Assembly (NCBI GenBank): GCA_964016885.1
Contig: OZ024743.1
Coordinates: 49,104,001-49,168,000, forward strand
Direction of reading: 5' to 3'
Origin: Eledone cirrhosa
Taxonomy: Eukaryota
DNA: 64,000 nt
In this document: positions 35,901 to 52,218 of the stretch, piece by piece
Position numbering within the stretch: position 1 is the first letter of the stretch
Layout: each line of letters begins with the position of its first letter
The notes under the pieces: generated by a model
What the model was told of the DNA's origin: nothing
The model's input: the letters and a program-made list of their open reading frames with translations, nothing else
Database searches by the model: none
Position numbers and translations under genes: made by a program

Positions 35901-38900
35901 AAGGCCAGACATTTGGGAAGAGATACGAGAATTAAATCAACTCCAGAGCTTGGACTTTATTTTATCAACTCAAAAAAAGAAAAATGAGTCAGAGTTGACC
36001 TTGGTGGGATTTGAACCAAGAACATAGAGGGCTAATTATGCTGTCAATCCTTTGCCTTAGTGTTTTCAGTAATCATCATCATTTGAGTGAGGTAGCAGAC
36101 AGCAATAATCCTACTCCACTCAATGTAGTTTTCATAATTAGTTGTGGTTTCATGGTTGAGTAATTAAATCTGACCATCAGAAGGATTTGAACACTCGGGA
36201 TATACAGAGCCTGAAGAGATACTGCAAGGTATCTAGTCCAACACTCCGACAATTACGCCAATCCACTATCGATGGACAGAATAAAAGTAATGTTGATCAT
36301 GGTGTGATTTGAATTCAGAGCACAGAGAGTTGGAACAAATACTGCAAGATATTTTGTCTTACAATCCAACAACTTACTGCCCTCTCGAAGAAATGAGATC
36401 AAAGATATATGTCTTAGAGACAAGAAACAAAAGAAAATAAATCATCAATGAAAAAGTTATACTTACTGTCAAATCTTGTCTGATTGACTTCAACTGTTCA
36501 CAAGCATAGTTATAGTCTGATTTACCTCTCCAATGATCCTGTACCATAATTAGGGATCGTTTTAAAACTTCAGTAGGGCGTATGGTCGATGGATCAGGGG
36601 CCTGAAATAATTATTGTCAAAAATATTTTATATTCTTTCTTTTAGCAACCTCTTCCATTAAAACATATAAAAAAATCAGATATTCATCAATGCTTTAAAA
36701 AGGTTTGTCATCTTGTACAGTCTGTGGTCTCCATGTCTGGTTAGACCATAGATATACATCTGTACAGATCTGCTCCAAGGTGCAAGCCTGTAGCAAGGTT
36801 CTTTGTGGAAAATTAGCAGTTGCCAGTGCATAAAAGCCTCTACTCTTTATGACACCAATGTTGTGTAAGGGAAAGGCAAGGCAGATACAGTGAAGCAGTA
36901 TAAAGATGTAAACCTGCTGAAGAAGTTTGCATTTCTATAACATTTTAAATCCATTTTCCATGGTAGCATGGGTTGAACAGTTTGTCATTGTTTGAGGTTA
37001 TATGAGTTGGAGAACATCTTGTTCATATTTTGGTGTCATTTCTACAGCTAGATGCCCTTCCAAACACCAACCCCTTTGCAGATTGTACTGGGTGCATTTT
37101 ATCGTGGCACCAGCACTATCACATTACAGTGAGCATTTTATCATAGCAAGAGCACTGAGGAGATTTTCATGTATTTGGCAAGATGTTGTCTCCATTTAAT
37201 CATCAACCAATTTATGAAGTGTACTAGGTGCATTTTATCATGGCACCAACCCTAGAGAAGTTATGTCCTCGACAGAATCAAAGAACAATAGTATTAAATA
37301 TAATACTTACTGTAGTCAAACGGAAATATTGTTTCTCCAAATCTTGACATTCACCAACAATGACACAACCATCCATGTCAAGCTCATCATCACTTCCAGT
37401 GGTCTGGACAATAGAAGAAATAATAATATAAAGTTAGAGTGGAACATTCATATTTTATCCAACATATCTAATAGTACATAATTACACTGTTTAAAGGTTT
37501 TCTACATAACAAGCAGTCCTTAAATTACATTAGCTAACAGAGAGATGTATGTGTGTGATGATCATTGTCTTATACCTGTGTAGGTTTAGTTGGTCTCAAA
37601 CAAGGTTGGTTGCATTTCATAGAATCTCAGGTGTTTTAATGAAAGGGACTCTTGGGAGGAATGAAAGGCAAAGGCAGAGATATGAGTGTTCAATGAAATA
37701 AGTTTATTATTTATCTCTCTCTCTATATATATATAATCATACAACACAGCATGAGTTTTGAAGACCCTTGCAAAAGCAGGAGTTTACCTTGCAAGCCCCA
37801 TGATAGACTTCATACTCATCATGAGACAATGTTTAACATCTAGATGCCCTTCAGGTGCTAACCTTTTTAGTTGGTTCTGAGGACACATATGGTGTATGTA
37901 TTCTAAACCAAATACACACAGATGGGTTTAGTATGACTCAATATGTAGGTTAATCGAATTAAAGTACACTTCAAGACATAATAACAATAAGGTTAACATT
38001 AAAAAAAAAATTCTCTTTGCAATGCAATGAAATGTAGTTAATGTTGAAGAAAGGAATATAGAAGGAAAACTTACGGTAAAGTTATTGATAGTGAGAGTCA
38101 GTGTTTGACGATACCTCTTGGAATCTGAGGAATTATTTAAATGCTCAACAAATCGTGCAGCCCTTCGCTGTAACTTTTCTTCTTTATCGGGACCATCATA
38201 CTCAAATGACAAGCTAAAGAACATTTACAACAGAAATGAACTATACACCTCAATAACAAAATGGTTTATTACCAATGACATACGATTCAATATAATTTGA
38301 GATGAAATATGTCTGAAGTAATTACATCATGGAAAACTCATTTCATTAAAAAAACAACCATACAACCATTATATTTATCCTCCGTATATTTTTCAGAGTC
38401 AAAATTCCCAGTACACATTTTGTGACCTGGTCACTGACATAGTTCCATAAAATGAATAAAGAGTGAATATAGCAGTTTTATGTGTTTTTTTGAATGGCTA
38501 AATTATTATTACATGATGTGATGACCTTAGTTTTTAACACAATCATTATGGTTAAAATTATTCCTACATAATGTAATTACCTCAGTTTCAATACACATTC
38601 ATAAATGAAACCATTACAACTCTAAATAAAGTCTATTTTTATTAAAAAAAAATTATTGAATTGAGGATACACTAATTGTACAAGGATATTTAGTGTAAAA
38701 CCTAACACTGGACATGGTGAACATATGAACACGATTCTGTGGAAAACAGTTTGAAACCACATAAATGCAACATTGAAGGAGTACCTAACATTTTTAGTCC
38801 CATTTACCCACATGTTTTGTTCAGTAATTTGAGTTTACATCTCTACCATAATACAGCGAGAAATGGGAGATTTTAAAACACTGTTTTTAATGTTAGTATT

Positions 38901-40062
38901 TTAGGGTTCAAACAACAATGATAATAGAAAACAATGTTATTTCACTTGTGAACAACTAATGATAAACTGATACGAGTAGTAGGACCAAATACAGTTGGTC
39001 AATGTGAACACATCAATCAATAAGACTCAGATTGTTAAGTCCAAAATAGTAGAAAGAAAATTTAGTATTTTAATTAATAAAAGTGTGGAGGCACATGGGA
39101 TAGTGGTGGTCATGGATTAGATTCCTGGGCTGGGTTGTGTTCTTGAGCAAAACACTTCATTTCAAGTTGCTCCAGTATACTCAGCTGAAAATGAGTACCA
39201 ACAATAGCTAGGGGATGGTGTTCTGTCCAGGGGGAGTCTTGTACTTCAGTCACTTCACGCCATGAAACCAGGATAAGCACCGGCCTGACAAGTCACCTGG
39301 CTTAAGACAGACTTTTAATTAATAAAATAGGCCTACATCAAATTATAATTGGAAAAAATATAGATATCTACAAACCTAGAATCAAAATATTTCCCCTTTG
39401 AGTAAGAAAAGACCCCCTACCCTAACCCCAAGTTGGAACTCCTTAACTTCATTGGTATTGGTATGAGAGCCTCAAATGACAAACTGAAGAGATTTATCAC
39501 GGAAAACTTCTAGAAATTTTCTCTGCTTTATCTATAAACTATAACAACTGAAAAGATGAGGGGTGAAGAATTGGCAAGACATGTGAAACAGTACTTACTC
39601 TCTGTCTTTCTTTCCTTTCTTGCCACCATAAGAATCATCTCTAAAACGTCCACGTGCAGTTCTACCACGAGCACCACGGCCACGGCCTCGACCTCGGTTT
39701 TTGTTGCCAAAACTATGTTTAGAGATGTACTTCTCTGATGAGCTACTGTCATCAGAAACACTCGAACTATCACTAGGGACAAGAAACAAATATCTAAATA
39801 TATATATCATCATCATCGTTTAACGTCCATCTTCCTCACTAGCATGGGTATATATATATATATAGATATATATAATCATCACTGTTTTGTATCAATTTTT
39901 CATGCTTGCATGAGTTAGATGGGTTGTCATGTTCTGAGAACATGCCTTGCTCATCATAAGTTCAATGGTTGGACGCCCTTCCTAATGCCATCCACTTTAT
40001 AGTGTATTTTATTACGGCATTAGTGCTATCAGTTCACAACATTAGGGCACTTCTTGGCCTAT

Positions 40063-40098
<36 letters not shown>

Positions 40099-43000
40099 CA
40101 CGTATATTACTATTACACATCCGCTGGATGTGTAATAGTAATATACGTGAACGGCAAAACATAAACGAACTAAGGGAGATATTAGGAATAAGAGGGATCA
40201 GATGTTGTTTACTCGAGAGAAGACTACGTTGGTATGGTCACGCGATGCGCATAAAAGACGACAGCTGTATAAAAAAGTGCAGGGAGATAAAAATAGACAG
40301 TAGCCACGGAGTAGGCAGACCCAGAATAACCTGGGACGATTTGATAAATTCTGACCTCACACACTTACACCTCTCCAAGACAATGTCACTGGACCGAGAT
40401 CTTTGGCACTACACAGTAATACAGAAGACCCACCTTGCCTCAGTACAAAGCGAAACCTAGTCAGTAGGCACCTCTAACAAAAATACACCCCCGTCCCACT
40501 ACCCCCACCCCATCCACACCACCCCTTTCAATGTAAAGTTATGTTGGTACCACAACATCTGGTCCTAAATAAATGAGGCCATGTAGGTGTCACAACAAAA
40601 AAACACACAGTCCACGCTGTAATGTGGCCGTGTAGGTAACACGGTAAAAACCTCCCAGTCCACACTGTAAATGTGGTTGGTGTTAGGAAGGGCATCCAGC
40701 CGTAGAAAACTTGCCAGACAGTCCTATACGAGCAAGACAACCAATCTTGCCTCAAGTGGGAAAATTCCTGTCCAAACCCATGCAAGCGTGGAAGATGGAC
40801 GTTAAACGATGATGATGATGATGATGATGATATATAATCATTTTTTAACAACCAATTTCCAAGCGAACACAGTCAAAAACTAGATGGGTCAGATAACCAT
40901 GGTTTGCTTATATGCTCCATATTTTGGCATGATTTAAATGGACAAATGTCCTTCCTAACGCCATTGTCTTTACTGATAGTACTGGGTGCATTTTATTGTG
41001 GAACCAGCACAACCACTTTACAGAGTGTGCTGAGTGCATTTTATCGTGGTACTAGAACTACCACTTTACAGGGCGTATTTTATTGTGCTACCAGCACTAC
41101 CACTTTTATATATATACACACATATCAAATAGAGACAGGTATAGCTGTGTAGCCAATAAGTTTGTTTTAAAAGTCTGTGATTACAGGTCCAATCCCATTG
41201 CACATCACCTTGGGCAAGTATCTTGTACTACAGCTGCGGGTTATGAGTGAAATATGAGAGATGGAAACTGTCATATGTATGTGTGTTTTTATCTCCTAAC
41301 ATAGCAGATGAACAAATACGAATTGATAAAATAAGTGCCGAACTTGAAAAATAAATACTAGAGTTGATATCATGGAGTAAACTCCCTTGAAAGCAGTGCC
41401 CCTAGCACAACTGCAACCAAATGTTTAAAGCCAGTGAAAGAACATAAATATATATCATGGTGGATTGGCTCTACCGGTAGAGGGTCGGATGCCATGCTTT
41501 GCAGCAAAGAGTTACGGCCCTTTATGGTCCGAGTTCAAATCCCGCTGAGGTTAACTTTGCCTTTCATCCTTACAGGATCGATAAAATAAAGTACCAGTAA
41601 TACACTGGGATAATTGCTGGCCTTGTGCCAAAAGTAGAAACAATATATTTATATACATATATGTTAGATTGCTGTTATGGTTCAGACATGCACCTCAGGT
41701 GTTTTTAATGACAAGAGGTGGGATTTGAAATGAGAACATACAGAGCTAGAACAAGCACTGTAAGGCATCTCGTCCAATGCTCTGACAATTATGTTAATCC
41801 ACTTTCCTGGACTGGCGCTTTATGTACTGGCCCTAAAAAGAAGGTAAAATTGATCATGGCTTGATTTGAACTCAGAGTAGAGACTGTCTAAAATATTGCA
41901 AAGCATTTAATCCGCTGCTCTAATGATTCTTCCAATTCAACACATGTAAATATATACATATTTATGTTGTGTATACCCTAGTTTTTAGAATAAGGTCGCT
42001 GTATCCCTGAGTGTTTTGTACGAGGTGACAAAGTGTTGGTGTCACAAAAGGCATCCAACTGTAAAACATTGTCTCAAAAGTCCTGTCCAACCCATGCCTC
42101 CATGGAAAAGTGGATTCCAAAATGAATATTTACTGAAGTTTAAGCACATGTATGATATATGTAAACCTGTTTAATCTTGGGCATCTTCTACAATATTCTT
42201 GTGAATGAATTTGGTAAACAGAAACTGTAAAGAAGCCTGTTTTATATGTGTGTGTAATTGTCTACTTTTGTACAAAACATTTTAAAGCAACTGGCGATAT
42301 TTGCTTATGTCCAGCAGAAACAATACATCCTGCAGCTTATGGTTTGCTGAAGGTCATCCAACTGCAGAAAACACTGCCTCAAAATAATCTTGTTTGACCC
42401 ATGCTAGCATGGAAGAGCAGATGAGGTGATAATGATAAAACCATGATAAAATAAAGAGAAAAAATAGCACATACCTGCTGTGTCGTCTGTGCTTTCGAGA
42501 AACAGATCGTGAATATTTGTCTCTGACAGAAACAACAACTGCAGCAGGTGATCGTGATCTACTCCTCGACTTACTGCGTGAACGTGATGTCCTATAGGTT
42601 GGAACTCGATCTCCATTGTAAGGACAACGGACTGATGAACGATTGTTGGTTGGTTCTGGATCATCTCTTTCCCAACGACTTCGTTTGCGCTTATCTAAAC
42701 AAGAAATGCTAAAAACAGAAGAAAAAGAACATAGGACTTGTTACATTTTAATCAGATTTTTTATTTTTTGAAACATTGTGAATCTGTTTATATTTATCTA
42801 AAATGTTTGATCATAATTTTATGTAACAACCCTTGTATTCCAAACATCAGCTTAATAATGAGAAAGTTAGTTACATTACTAAATCTTTCCAAATTCTTGA
42901 TTTTCAAAAGTATTTGAAAATCATAAGCAGTGTCTTTCATTAAAAATATGGTAATGAAAGGGTTAATTTAAATTTACAATTTTTTTTTTTCTTTGACAAC

Positions 43001-46000
43001 TGTTGGGTTTTAGTCATCAAATTGAAGAGAATATACAAAAGACTTGGTTTGTCTACAACTCCAATTTGACAAGTACTAAAGAAGCATGTTGTGTTTCTTG
43101 CAATACTGTTTAAAACAAACAGCAATGTTTAAGTCTCACAGTTGGCAGAGGTCATTGTTATATACCATACTTGAAAAAATATAGTAGGAGTTGGTGACAG
43201 GAAGGCCATCTGATCAGAGGGTTGTCTTAAAAACGACTCAAACAACTCTTGCCAGCGTGAAAAAAATGTATGTTGAAATTATAATGATGAGTCAAGTATG
43301 AAAATACAATAGTACTTACTTGATGATGATCATAGGGATAATTATGATACTTACTCAGGCAGTGGCTCTTTGTACCAGTCAATATTCCAGGGAGTTTGGT
43401 CATCAAATATTCCCTTCAACTTCATCTTTAGACATCTTTCCATTTCATCTTTCTGGTTTTCTTCAGTGACACTGGCAAATGCTCTTTGTACATAATCTCT
43501 GAAACATTCCACATTGAAAATAATACGGTTGCCACAGCTACACAATATGGCACACATCTTTTTTATGGCTTATAAGGAAATGATACTAACCATACATATA
43601 TTTTACAAAGAAAAGTTAAAAGTTATTTTTCTAGAGTCTAGAGGCTTATCAAGCCAGAGATTATTCCAGAGAGTACAAGACTCTCCAACCTTCCTCACTG
43701 TTGCTGGTACTCATTTTTGCAACTGAGTCAACTGGAGCAACGTGAAATGGATGTGTCTTGCTAAAGGACACAACATGCCACTTGGTTTGTGAATTGAACC
43801 TTAGATCTTGCAGTCATGAGTCCAGCACTCTAACTACTAAGCTAATTCACTTTCACTACCCATATCCTGAACGGAAGTTGTAGTTTAGCCCCAGGTCAGC
43901 TGATTCAGCAGATCAAGAACATACTGGGCATTCCATCTTTGGGTTTTGTTAAAACGATGATGATATATATATATATCATTAATAGGCAACACAGAAGCTG
44001 GTACTTGACTACCAAACCTGCTGTAAATAGTAGCTATATTACCCTTATATCATGCTGCAAGCACCATCATGGTCATTACTATGAGGATAGGGCCACTAAG
44101 TTCTAGAGATAATATAACTGTTTCTACTTTTTGGCACAAGGCCAGCAATTACCCAGTACATTACTGGTACTTTATTTAATTGACCCCGTAAAGATGAAAG
44201 GAAAAGTTAACCTCAGCGGGATTTGAACTCAGAATGGAAAGGGCTGTAACTCTATGCATCAAAGCATGGTGCCCTACTCTCTACCGATACTGCCAATCCA
44301 TCAATTTCACATCTTTATGCAGAATAGAGGAAAGAAGGTTGCTTGGTGACAAGTAATATGTATGGAGGATGACTGTTGGGTGAAAAGATGTCAAGAGTCC
44401 AAGGAGTTGACAAAGGTGCAAAGCAAAGAAAAATAAACAGTAGAAAAAATTGACATGTAGGTATATGTGTACATACACATACATACATTAGTCTAAATTT
44501 AGAAATAATATATGAAATACAACACTTACTTTAAAGACGGAGGCCACTCTCCCTTTTCAATACCTGAAGATTTTGATCTGAAATAATAGAAAATACACAA
44601 GAATAGGTAAATAGGCAAAGTTTCCTGATTGGGCTAGCATTGAAAAATTAATGTAAAAGAAAGAAATATTTTAAATCATCTAGAAAAGTCTGGTGGTATA
44701 TCTAGATCAGAGATATCTTCACAATGGGATTAGGTTATTTAAATGGAAACTGTTTTATTTATATCTCTCGTGCTTTCACTATAAAGCTTATCATCATCAT
44801 TTGCTGGCATGAGTTGGATAGCTTGTTATGGATCAAGTCAGTACTTTATTAGTGCTACTGTCCTTCTAGACAGATGAGGTAACCATGCCTCACTCCATAC
44901 ATTCCATTTTTTGGCATGGTTTCTATGGCTGGATGTGCTTCCTAATATTAACTCTATTACAGATTATACTGGATGCATTTTACAGTAGTACTATCACTAG
45001 AGAGGTTGCTGTGTTTCTGACATAGCTGAAAAACCCTCTCAACACTTTTGGCATGGTGTCTAGAGCTGAATGCTCTTCCTAAAGAGAGTAACAGGTGCAT
45101 TTTATTGTAGCACCAGCACTAGATTTTCATTCCCTAGACAAAACTAGAGAGTCCTCTCTACTCTATTTTGTTCAACAACAAATACCAGCCACTTTACAGA
45201 ATGTATAAAGTGTCTTTTTTAAGGTCTTATTCTGATGTGTGGAGGGTGGACACCCTGACAGAACAAAATACAATGCCTGTCATTAAGGAGGGATAAAAGT
45301 TAACCATCCATCAAACTTATAAATGGAGTGGGGTTCCATTAAAGCTAACCCTCTTGGCAAACCCGAATCCAATTGTCTCTTTCAAACACACTGGATTTTG
45401 TCTTTCCTCAGACCCAAGCAAAATAAACCCCTTGATAACTATGAGCTCCATCAAAGGTTGCTTAAATCAGTCCTGGCTAAAATGATCATCAACTTTTCAC
45501 GTTACTGGAAACAACAGACATGTGTTGTTACTTTGCATATTACTATATCAATATCTTATATTCTTTCTTACTAAAGATTTCTACTCTTTCTGTAATAGTT
45601 GATTAAGAAATCTGCTTTACAACTATGTGGCTTTGGGCTCTATATGCAAGAGTTTTCTGCTGGAGTCTTGGGCAAACTAACACCTTGTGAGTGAATTTGG
45701 TAGACAGAAATTGTAAAAAAGTCAGTTTTATATATACGTGCATATGTGTCAGTTTAACAGGTCTTCATATCAAAAGATGAACAGTATATATATCATACTT
45801 ATAAATAAAATATGGATTCAGGGAGAGCATTCAACTATAGAAAATTGCCTCAAAAAATCTTGTCTAACTCATGCCATCATGGAAAAAAAACAAAAAAAAA
45901 CGACAATGTAGTTGAAACAAATGAATGTGAATCAGTGAAAAATACACAGCTCCACCCATGTATAACACACAGCTCTATTCATGTATAACACACACAGCTC

Positions 46001-49000
46001 TACTCATATATAACACACACAGCTCTACTCATATATAACACACACAGCTCCACCCATGTATAACACACAGCACTACTCATGTATAACACATACAGCTCTA
46101 TTCATGTATAACACACACAGCTCTACTCATATATAACACACAGCTCCACCCATGTATAACACACAGATCTACTTGTGTATAACACACAGCTCTACTTGTG
46201 TATAACACACAGCTCTACTCATGTATAACACACACAGCGCTACTCCACTGGATGTGTACTGAAACAATCTTATAACTTACTCTACAGTGGAAGAGTTCTC
46301 TTCAGTTTGATTATTCTCTGGACTTGACTGATAATTAGACTGCTGTTGCTGTTGTTTCCCAGGATGAGGAGGACACATTTTTTGCTGTGACTGTTGCTGC
46401 TGTTGAGGGAACATTTTGGTTCGGTAACTAGAAATGGCATTAGTATTCTGCACATTGTGACGCTTAGAGATCTGGAAACGAATGCCCAGAGCATTTGCAT
46501 TTCTTACTACAAGTAAAAATAGAAAAGAGACCATTACATTTAATAACATTGAGATTTTCTCATTCACACACTTACCCAATATTGTTATATTTCCCCAAAC
46601 TATCCAGAAAAACAAAATGTTTCACAATTCTATGAGACCTTTAACTAGGTCATCACTAGAAATAATTTCAACATATGTGGGTGCCACAATAAATGCACCA
46701 AGTGCATTCTGTAAAATGGTTGGGAATCTAAGACAACATACAGTAGAGAGGAATCTTTAGTCTCGAGGATTTGACAACCTTTTTGATGTTGGCACCACGT
46801 TAAATACACCCAGTACTCTGTAAAATAGTTGGCGATCAAATGGAAACAGGTCCTCACACAACCACACTACCCCCCTCATACTACACCCCCTCACATTACA
46901 ACACTACAGAACAATTAAGAAATTATCCAACTAACGTTTATTCTTCCCCATTTGAAACCTGGGCATATTAGAAGGATAAGCTGTAGGCATGTCACAATTT
47001 TGGTATTGGTTGCTAGGGGACAACTGCTGCTGTTGAGACTGTTGTGGTGATTGTTGATCTGGCTGGTAATGTTGAGATGGCTGTTGCTGCTGTTGTTGAT
47101 GAAGGTGTGGTGGTGGTTGCTGCTGCTGTTGATGAAGGTGTGGTGGTGGTTGCTGCTGCTGTTGATGAAGGTGTGGTGGTGGTTGCTGCTGTTGTTGTTG
47201 TTGATGAAGGTGGTGAAGTGGGGCTTGCATATGTGGTGGAGGTGGCTGCTGCATGTGTTGCCTCTGCTGCTGTTCTATATTATCTCCAGTGCCAGGAGGT
47301 AATGGTTGTTGGAGTACCATATGAGGTGGTGGAGGAGGTACTTGGTTGGGTGTTCTGCTGTCTGGATGTTGCTGGATGTACAAGTGGAAAGTGGTAAGGT
47401 TATATTTAACAATAACAAAGTCAATAAAAAGGACAAGAAAAAATAAAAATATAAAGAGGAAGGAGAAAAGAAAAATAATAGGAAACAGAAGAGTTTTAAA
47501 GATAGGCAGAGACCTTTTGTGGTATTAAACTGACCCTAGTACTTAACTGGTATTTTTCATTATGAATTCCACAAGGATGAAAGACAAAGGTGACTATGGC
47601 AGGATTCAAAAACGTAAAAAGCCTGAACAAATACTAAATAGCATTTTATGTGACAACTCTAATGGTTTCTAATTTAGAGGAGGGAAAGTTAGTTAAATTG
47701 ATACCAGTGCCGCACTACTATTTATTTTATCAACCCTCAAAGGATGAAAGGCAAAATTGACCTTGGTGGGATTTGAACTGTTAAGATATGTAACAAAATA
47801 CTGAAAGGATTTTTCTCCAGACACTAACAATTCTGCAAACCCACCACACTAATAATGGTTTCTGATTTAGACACAAGGCCAACAATTCTAGGGGAAGTCG
47901 ATTAAATCGACCCCAGTACATTACTGGTACTTTATTTTATTGACCCCATAAGGATGAAAGGCAAAGCGAAATTTTAACACAGAATATAAAGGGCCATAAC
48001 TATATGCCGCAAACGTTGTCCAATGTTCTACTGATACTACCAATGCCCTCCATCACCCTAATAACATATATTTAGTACTTACATTTTGCTGGTACTGTCC
48101 ATATGGTAGATTACCATACTGCTGTGGAACATTGTAATATCTAGTAAAGACAAGACAAAAGAACTGTAATAAACTATGAACATTAAATGATGATGATGAT
48201 AATGGTGAATTTGACAGGCATTGCTGTATTGTTAACAAGTTTGTTTTGCTGTCATGTGTTTTTAGATTTGATCTTACGACATGGCATTTTGGACAAATGT
48301 TCTCTACTATAACCACAGGCCAAACAATGCCCTGGAGTGAATTTGGGAAACAAAATCTGTGAGGAGACTCAATATATATATATATTGGGCGGTGCCCTAG
48401 CATGGCCTCAGCCGGATGGCTGGAACAGGTAAAAGAGTATATATATATAATTTGGACAGGTTGTCACACTGACGCTAGACAGGTCAGATCAACACGTTCT
48501 ATGCATATGTTCCATCCAGGACAATCAGATGGGCTACCTTAATTTTTATTTCACAAATTCACGTATAGGCACTAGCTCCCAATAATGTCTTCAGAGTAGA
48601 ATAAGAAATATTTTTATAGAGCTCAAAACTATAATTAATATATTCTTTAGAGATTAAACAAATTAATATGTATTGAGTACTTATTTAAATTTTTTTTTTT
48701 TTAGTTCTTTAACTAAGAAAATATATACATCATCATCATAGTTTAACGTCCATTTTCCATGCTAGCATGGGTTAGATGAGCTGCCCCGTTGTGAGGCAAG
48801 CCAGGTTGGATGACCCTGTTTGGCTTACACATAACTGATTTTAGTTTGGTTTCTACAGCTGGATGCCCTTCCTAATGCCAACCACATTTACAATGTGTAC
48901 TAGGTGCTTTTTGTCACGACACCTACATGACCACTTTAGTGTGAACTGGGCGCTTTTTGTTGTGACACCTACATGACCACTTTACAGTGTGGACTAGGTA

Positions 49001-52000
49001 CTTTTTGTCATAACACCAATATATATATTTTTTAAAAGTTGTCTTGAGCCATCAGGCTGGTACTTATCCCCAGTTTCATCTTCCACAGGTTTTAAACAAT
49101 TGAAAGTCAAGACTTCCCTCTGGACAGAACACCAGTCTATCACAAAGTTAACTTCCAACTACAACTGATACTAATTTTCAGCTGAGTGTACTGGAGCAAT
49201 ATGAAATGAAGTGTTTTGCCCAAGAACACAATGTGTCCCTTGGTCCAGGAATGGAACCCATGACATTATGATTGTTCATCCAATACCCTAACCACCAGGT
49301 CATGCACTTTCACCCCATATATAAATATATATATATATACATACATAATTTATTTAATGTTCATTTTTTCAAGTTGGCATGGTTTGGACAGGTCATCACA
49401 AACTAAATCAGAGTTATTGTCCCCCCAGATAGGCCAAGGACCACATCTTACAATCCGGTTTGGGGCATGATTTCTATAACTGGATACCCTTCCTATCATC
49501 AACCACCTTACAGTTATCATGTTCTTACACAATGGAAGAATTTTCAACCTGTTTGTTTGGATGTTCTTAATGACCAACCCCTTCATATACACACATGGAT
49601 GGGTGTGTGCATGTCTCTGAACATCATAATTTTTAAAGGAAGTAGTAACATTTGTCTGTCTTGTATAAAAAGTACATCCTACACTTAACTGGTTCAATGA
49701 AGATGAGTGGTGTGTGTGTGTATATATATATATATCATACTTAGAAAGTATGGTCAAGTGTCGGGAAGGGCAACAAGCTATAGAAAAACTGCCTCAAAAT
49801 ATAAAGTCTCATCCAATGCATACTAGTATAGAGAATCAGATGTAATATTAATAGATGTGCAATACTTACTGTCCATAGGGATATTGAGAATACATATTAT
49901 AGTTGTTGTTATTGTAGTAGAAGTTGCTGCTGTAATTACTGCCATTGTTGTTGGTGTTGCTGCTGCTGCTGTTGGCCTGGTCAGGTAAGTTGATGTTAGG
50001 ATGTGGTGGCGGCGGAGGCGGGGGCATCTGTTGCATATTGTGGCCAACATTTGTAGCTGGTGCGATAGATCCTTGGAGGGGGGGAGGAGGAGGCATTGGT
50101 TGACAGGGTAAGACGGTAGCTGGTAAACTGAGGCTCTGTTGAACTGAAAGGACAGCGGCCTTTGTTGGACTCATATCTTTGCATGTCTCAGCCTCAGTCT
50201 TCAACTTCAAACCACTTACAGCCTCCAGTGCTTTCCGAGCAGTTTCCCATTCTGGTTTATTATACACTACATTTTCAGAACTGTTAAAAAAAAAAGAAGA
50301 TAGGTATAAAATATGGGTGTAAAATACAGGTGTAGGATATAGGTGTAAAATCTAAATATGTTAAGAATATTATGTGTTTGACTTTATCTACAAGAAACCC
50401 ATGCTAACGTGGAAGATAGACGTTAAACGATGATGATGATTCAAAGTTCACCTAAACAATTACACTAGTTTATTTTGATGTTTTTTTTTTGTTTTGTTTA
50501 GACAGACAACGAAGGGCAGTGAACCATAATCAATTTCAAGGCCTTGGAGGATTTGTGGGAGGATGAGGATTGTATCTTGAAACCAGAGACCTGTTCTGAA
50601 AAGCTTGCAAGAATGAACCCTACAAGTACCTAAGAGCCATGTAACTATGTTAAACTGGGTGACAAATTAAGTCTACCACCTAAGTAGATCACAGCAGTAT
50701 TTGAAACCAGAATGCAAAGAGCTGGAATAAATACCACAAGGCATCTCATCCAAAGCCCTAATCCACCACTTTGGACTGGTACTATTTTATTTATTGACCA
50801 TGGCAGAATTTCAACTCCACTCTTAACATTGCTGCCAGTTTCTTGTTTACGTTTAAGAGTTTAGGGAAGTGTTACCTCTGTTGGCAACACAGGGCTTCTT
50901 GCTTAGAGTGAAAGGCAAATGATATGACATATTCAAACTGCTATGCTAAATGGCAGCAAGACATGGATTTTAACTGCAGATTTGCAATGGTTAAAAATAA
51001 ATGAGGCATGCATGCTCTGCTGGTAGTACACTCTATAAAGAGGTTGGAAGGGCATCCAACTGCAGAAACCATGTCAAATATAGAATGTATGAGCATGATG
51101 AGGTGCCTCCAGCACGTCCGCACGAGAAACTTATGTATAATAATGATAAAGGACTGCATTATCCGAAGTCTTTTGTTTTTTAAGATAGTGGCGTGTAATG
51201 ACCATATAGAGACTATAGTTATTGAAGGTGAGCGTAAAACAAAAGGAAAAAGTTTTAAAAAAGGGAAATTTGAGGTCAAAATGTGGATAAGCGCCAAATA
51301 TTTTCTTTGTTAAAATACATTAAACATTAATTATCAAATAAGACAGCAAATTTCTAATTGTGTTATTTAATATTTTAAATGACGGATCCGTTAGAATCAA
51401 ACATAATGGCATAACTGGTCACATGGATTGACAGTAATGAATCATAAGTATGGATAATCAAGATTCTCTATTTTCCTCTCGGGTACACCTTACAGTTAGG
51501 GCATTGACGACGCAAAACTGCAGTTGCGTCGCGTTATTTCAAACCAATTCATCATCATCATCAGCATATGCATTTGTATTAAAATGAAAGTATTTGATAA
51601 TGAAAGTATATTCGATGAAAATGGATGGAGGGGGAGAGGTGTTCCTAAATTGGAGTATTAACAATGTCAATTACCACTCGAGTACTGGCTATGACGACCC
51701 GTTCAACCCTTGCTGGCAAGGGAAAAATGGACGTATGACGATGATAATATCCTATAATTAAGATTCAAGACTGTTAATCACCAGTTGAGCCAACACTGAT
51801 TATTAACAATAAATATGGCACCAACAGAGTTCTAATTATGCTATAAAATATTTTAAATGGAGCATAACTAGTTTTGTGTCTTCCATCTGACTGTTTCCTT
51901 GTATCTTGCCTAATACTGCACACTTAAAATAAAATTAGGTAAATGGGGTTTCGAAGGTGTAGATTACGATGGTGGTGCTGATGAATATATATATATATAT

Positions 52001-52160
52001 AATTCCTATTTTATATACCTCACAGACACACACACACATATATATATTTATATATATATATATACACACACACAATATATATATATATAACCAGTTCCTA
52101 TATGCCAAATACGCATATTTTACATATTTATATATATAAATATCCCCCACTTCACACACA

Positions 52161-52218
<58 letters not shown>

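Noticed and set aside
46936-47371. Gln/Pro/His repeat ORF as a separate gene or repeat element
   Set aside because: It is LENG8 exon 4; a low-complexity N-terminus is expected for this family.
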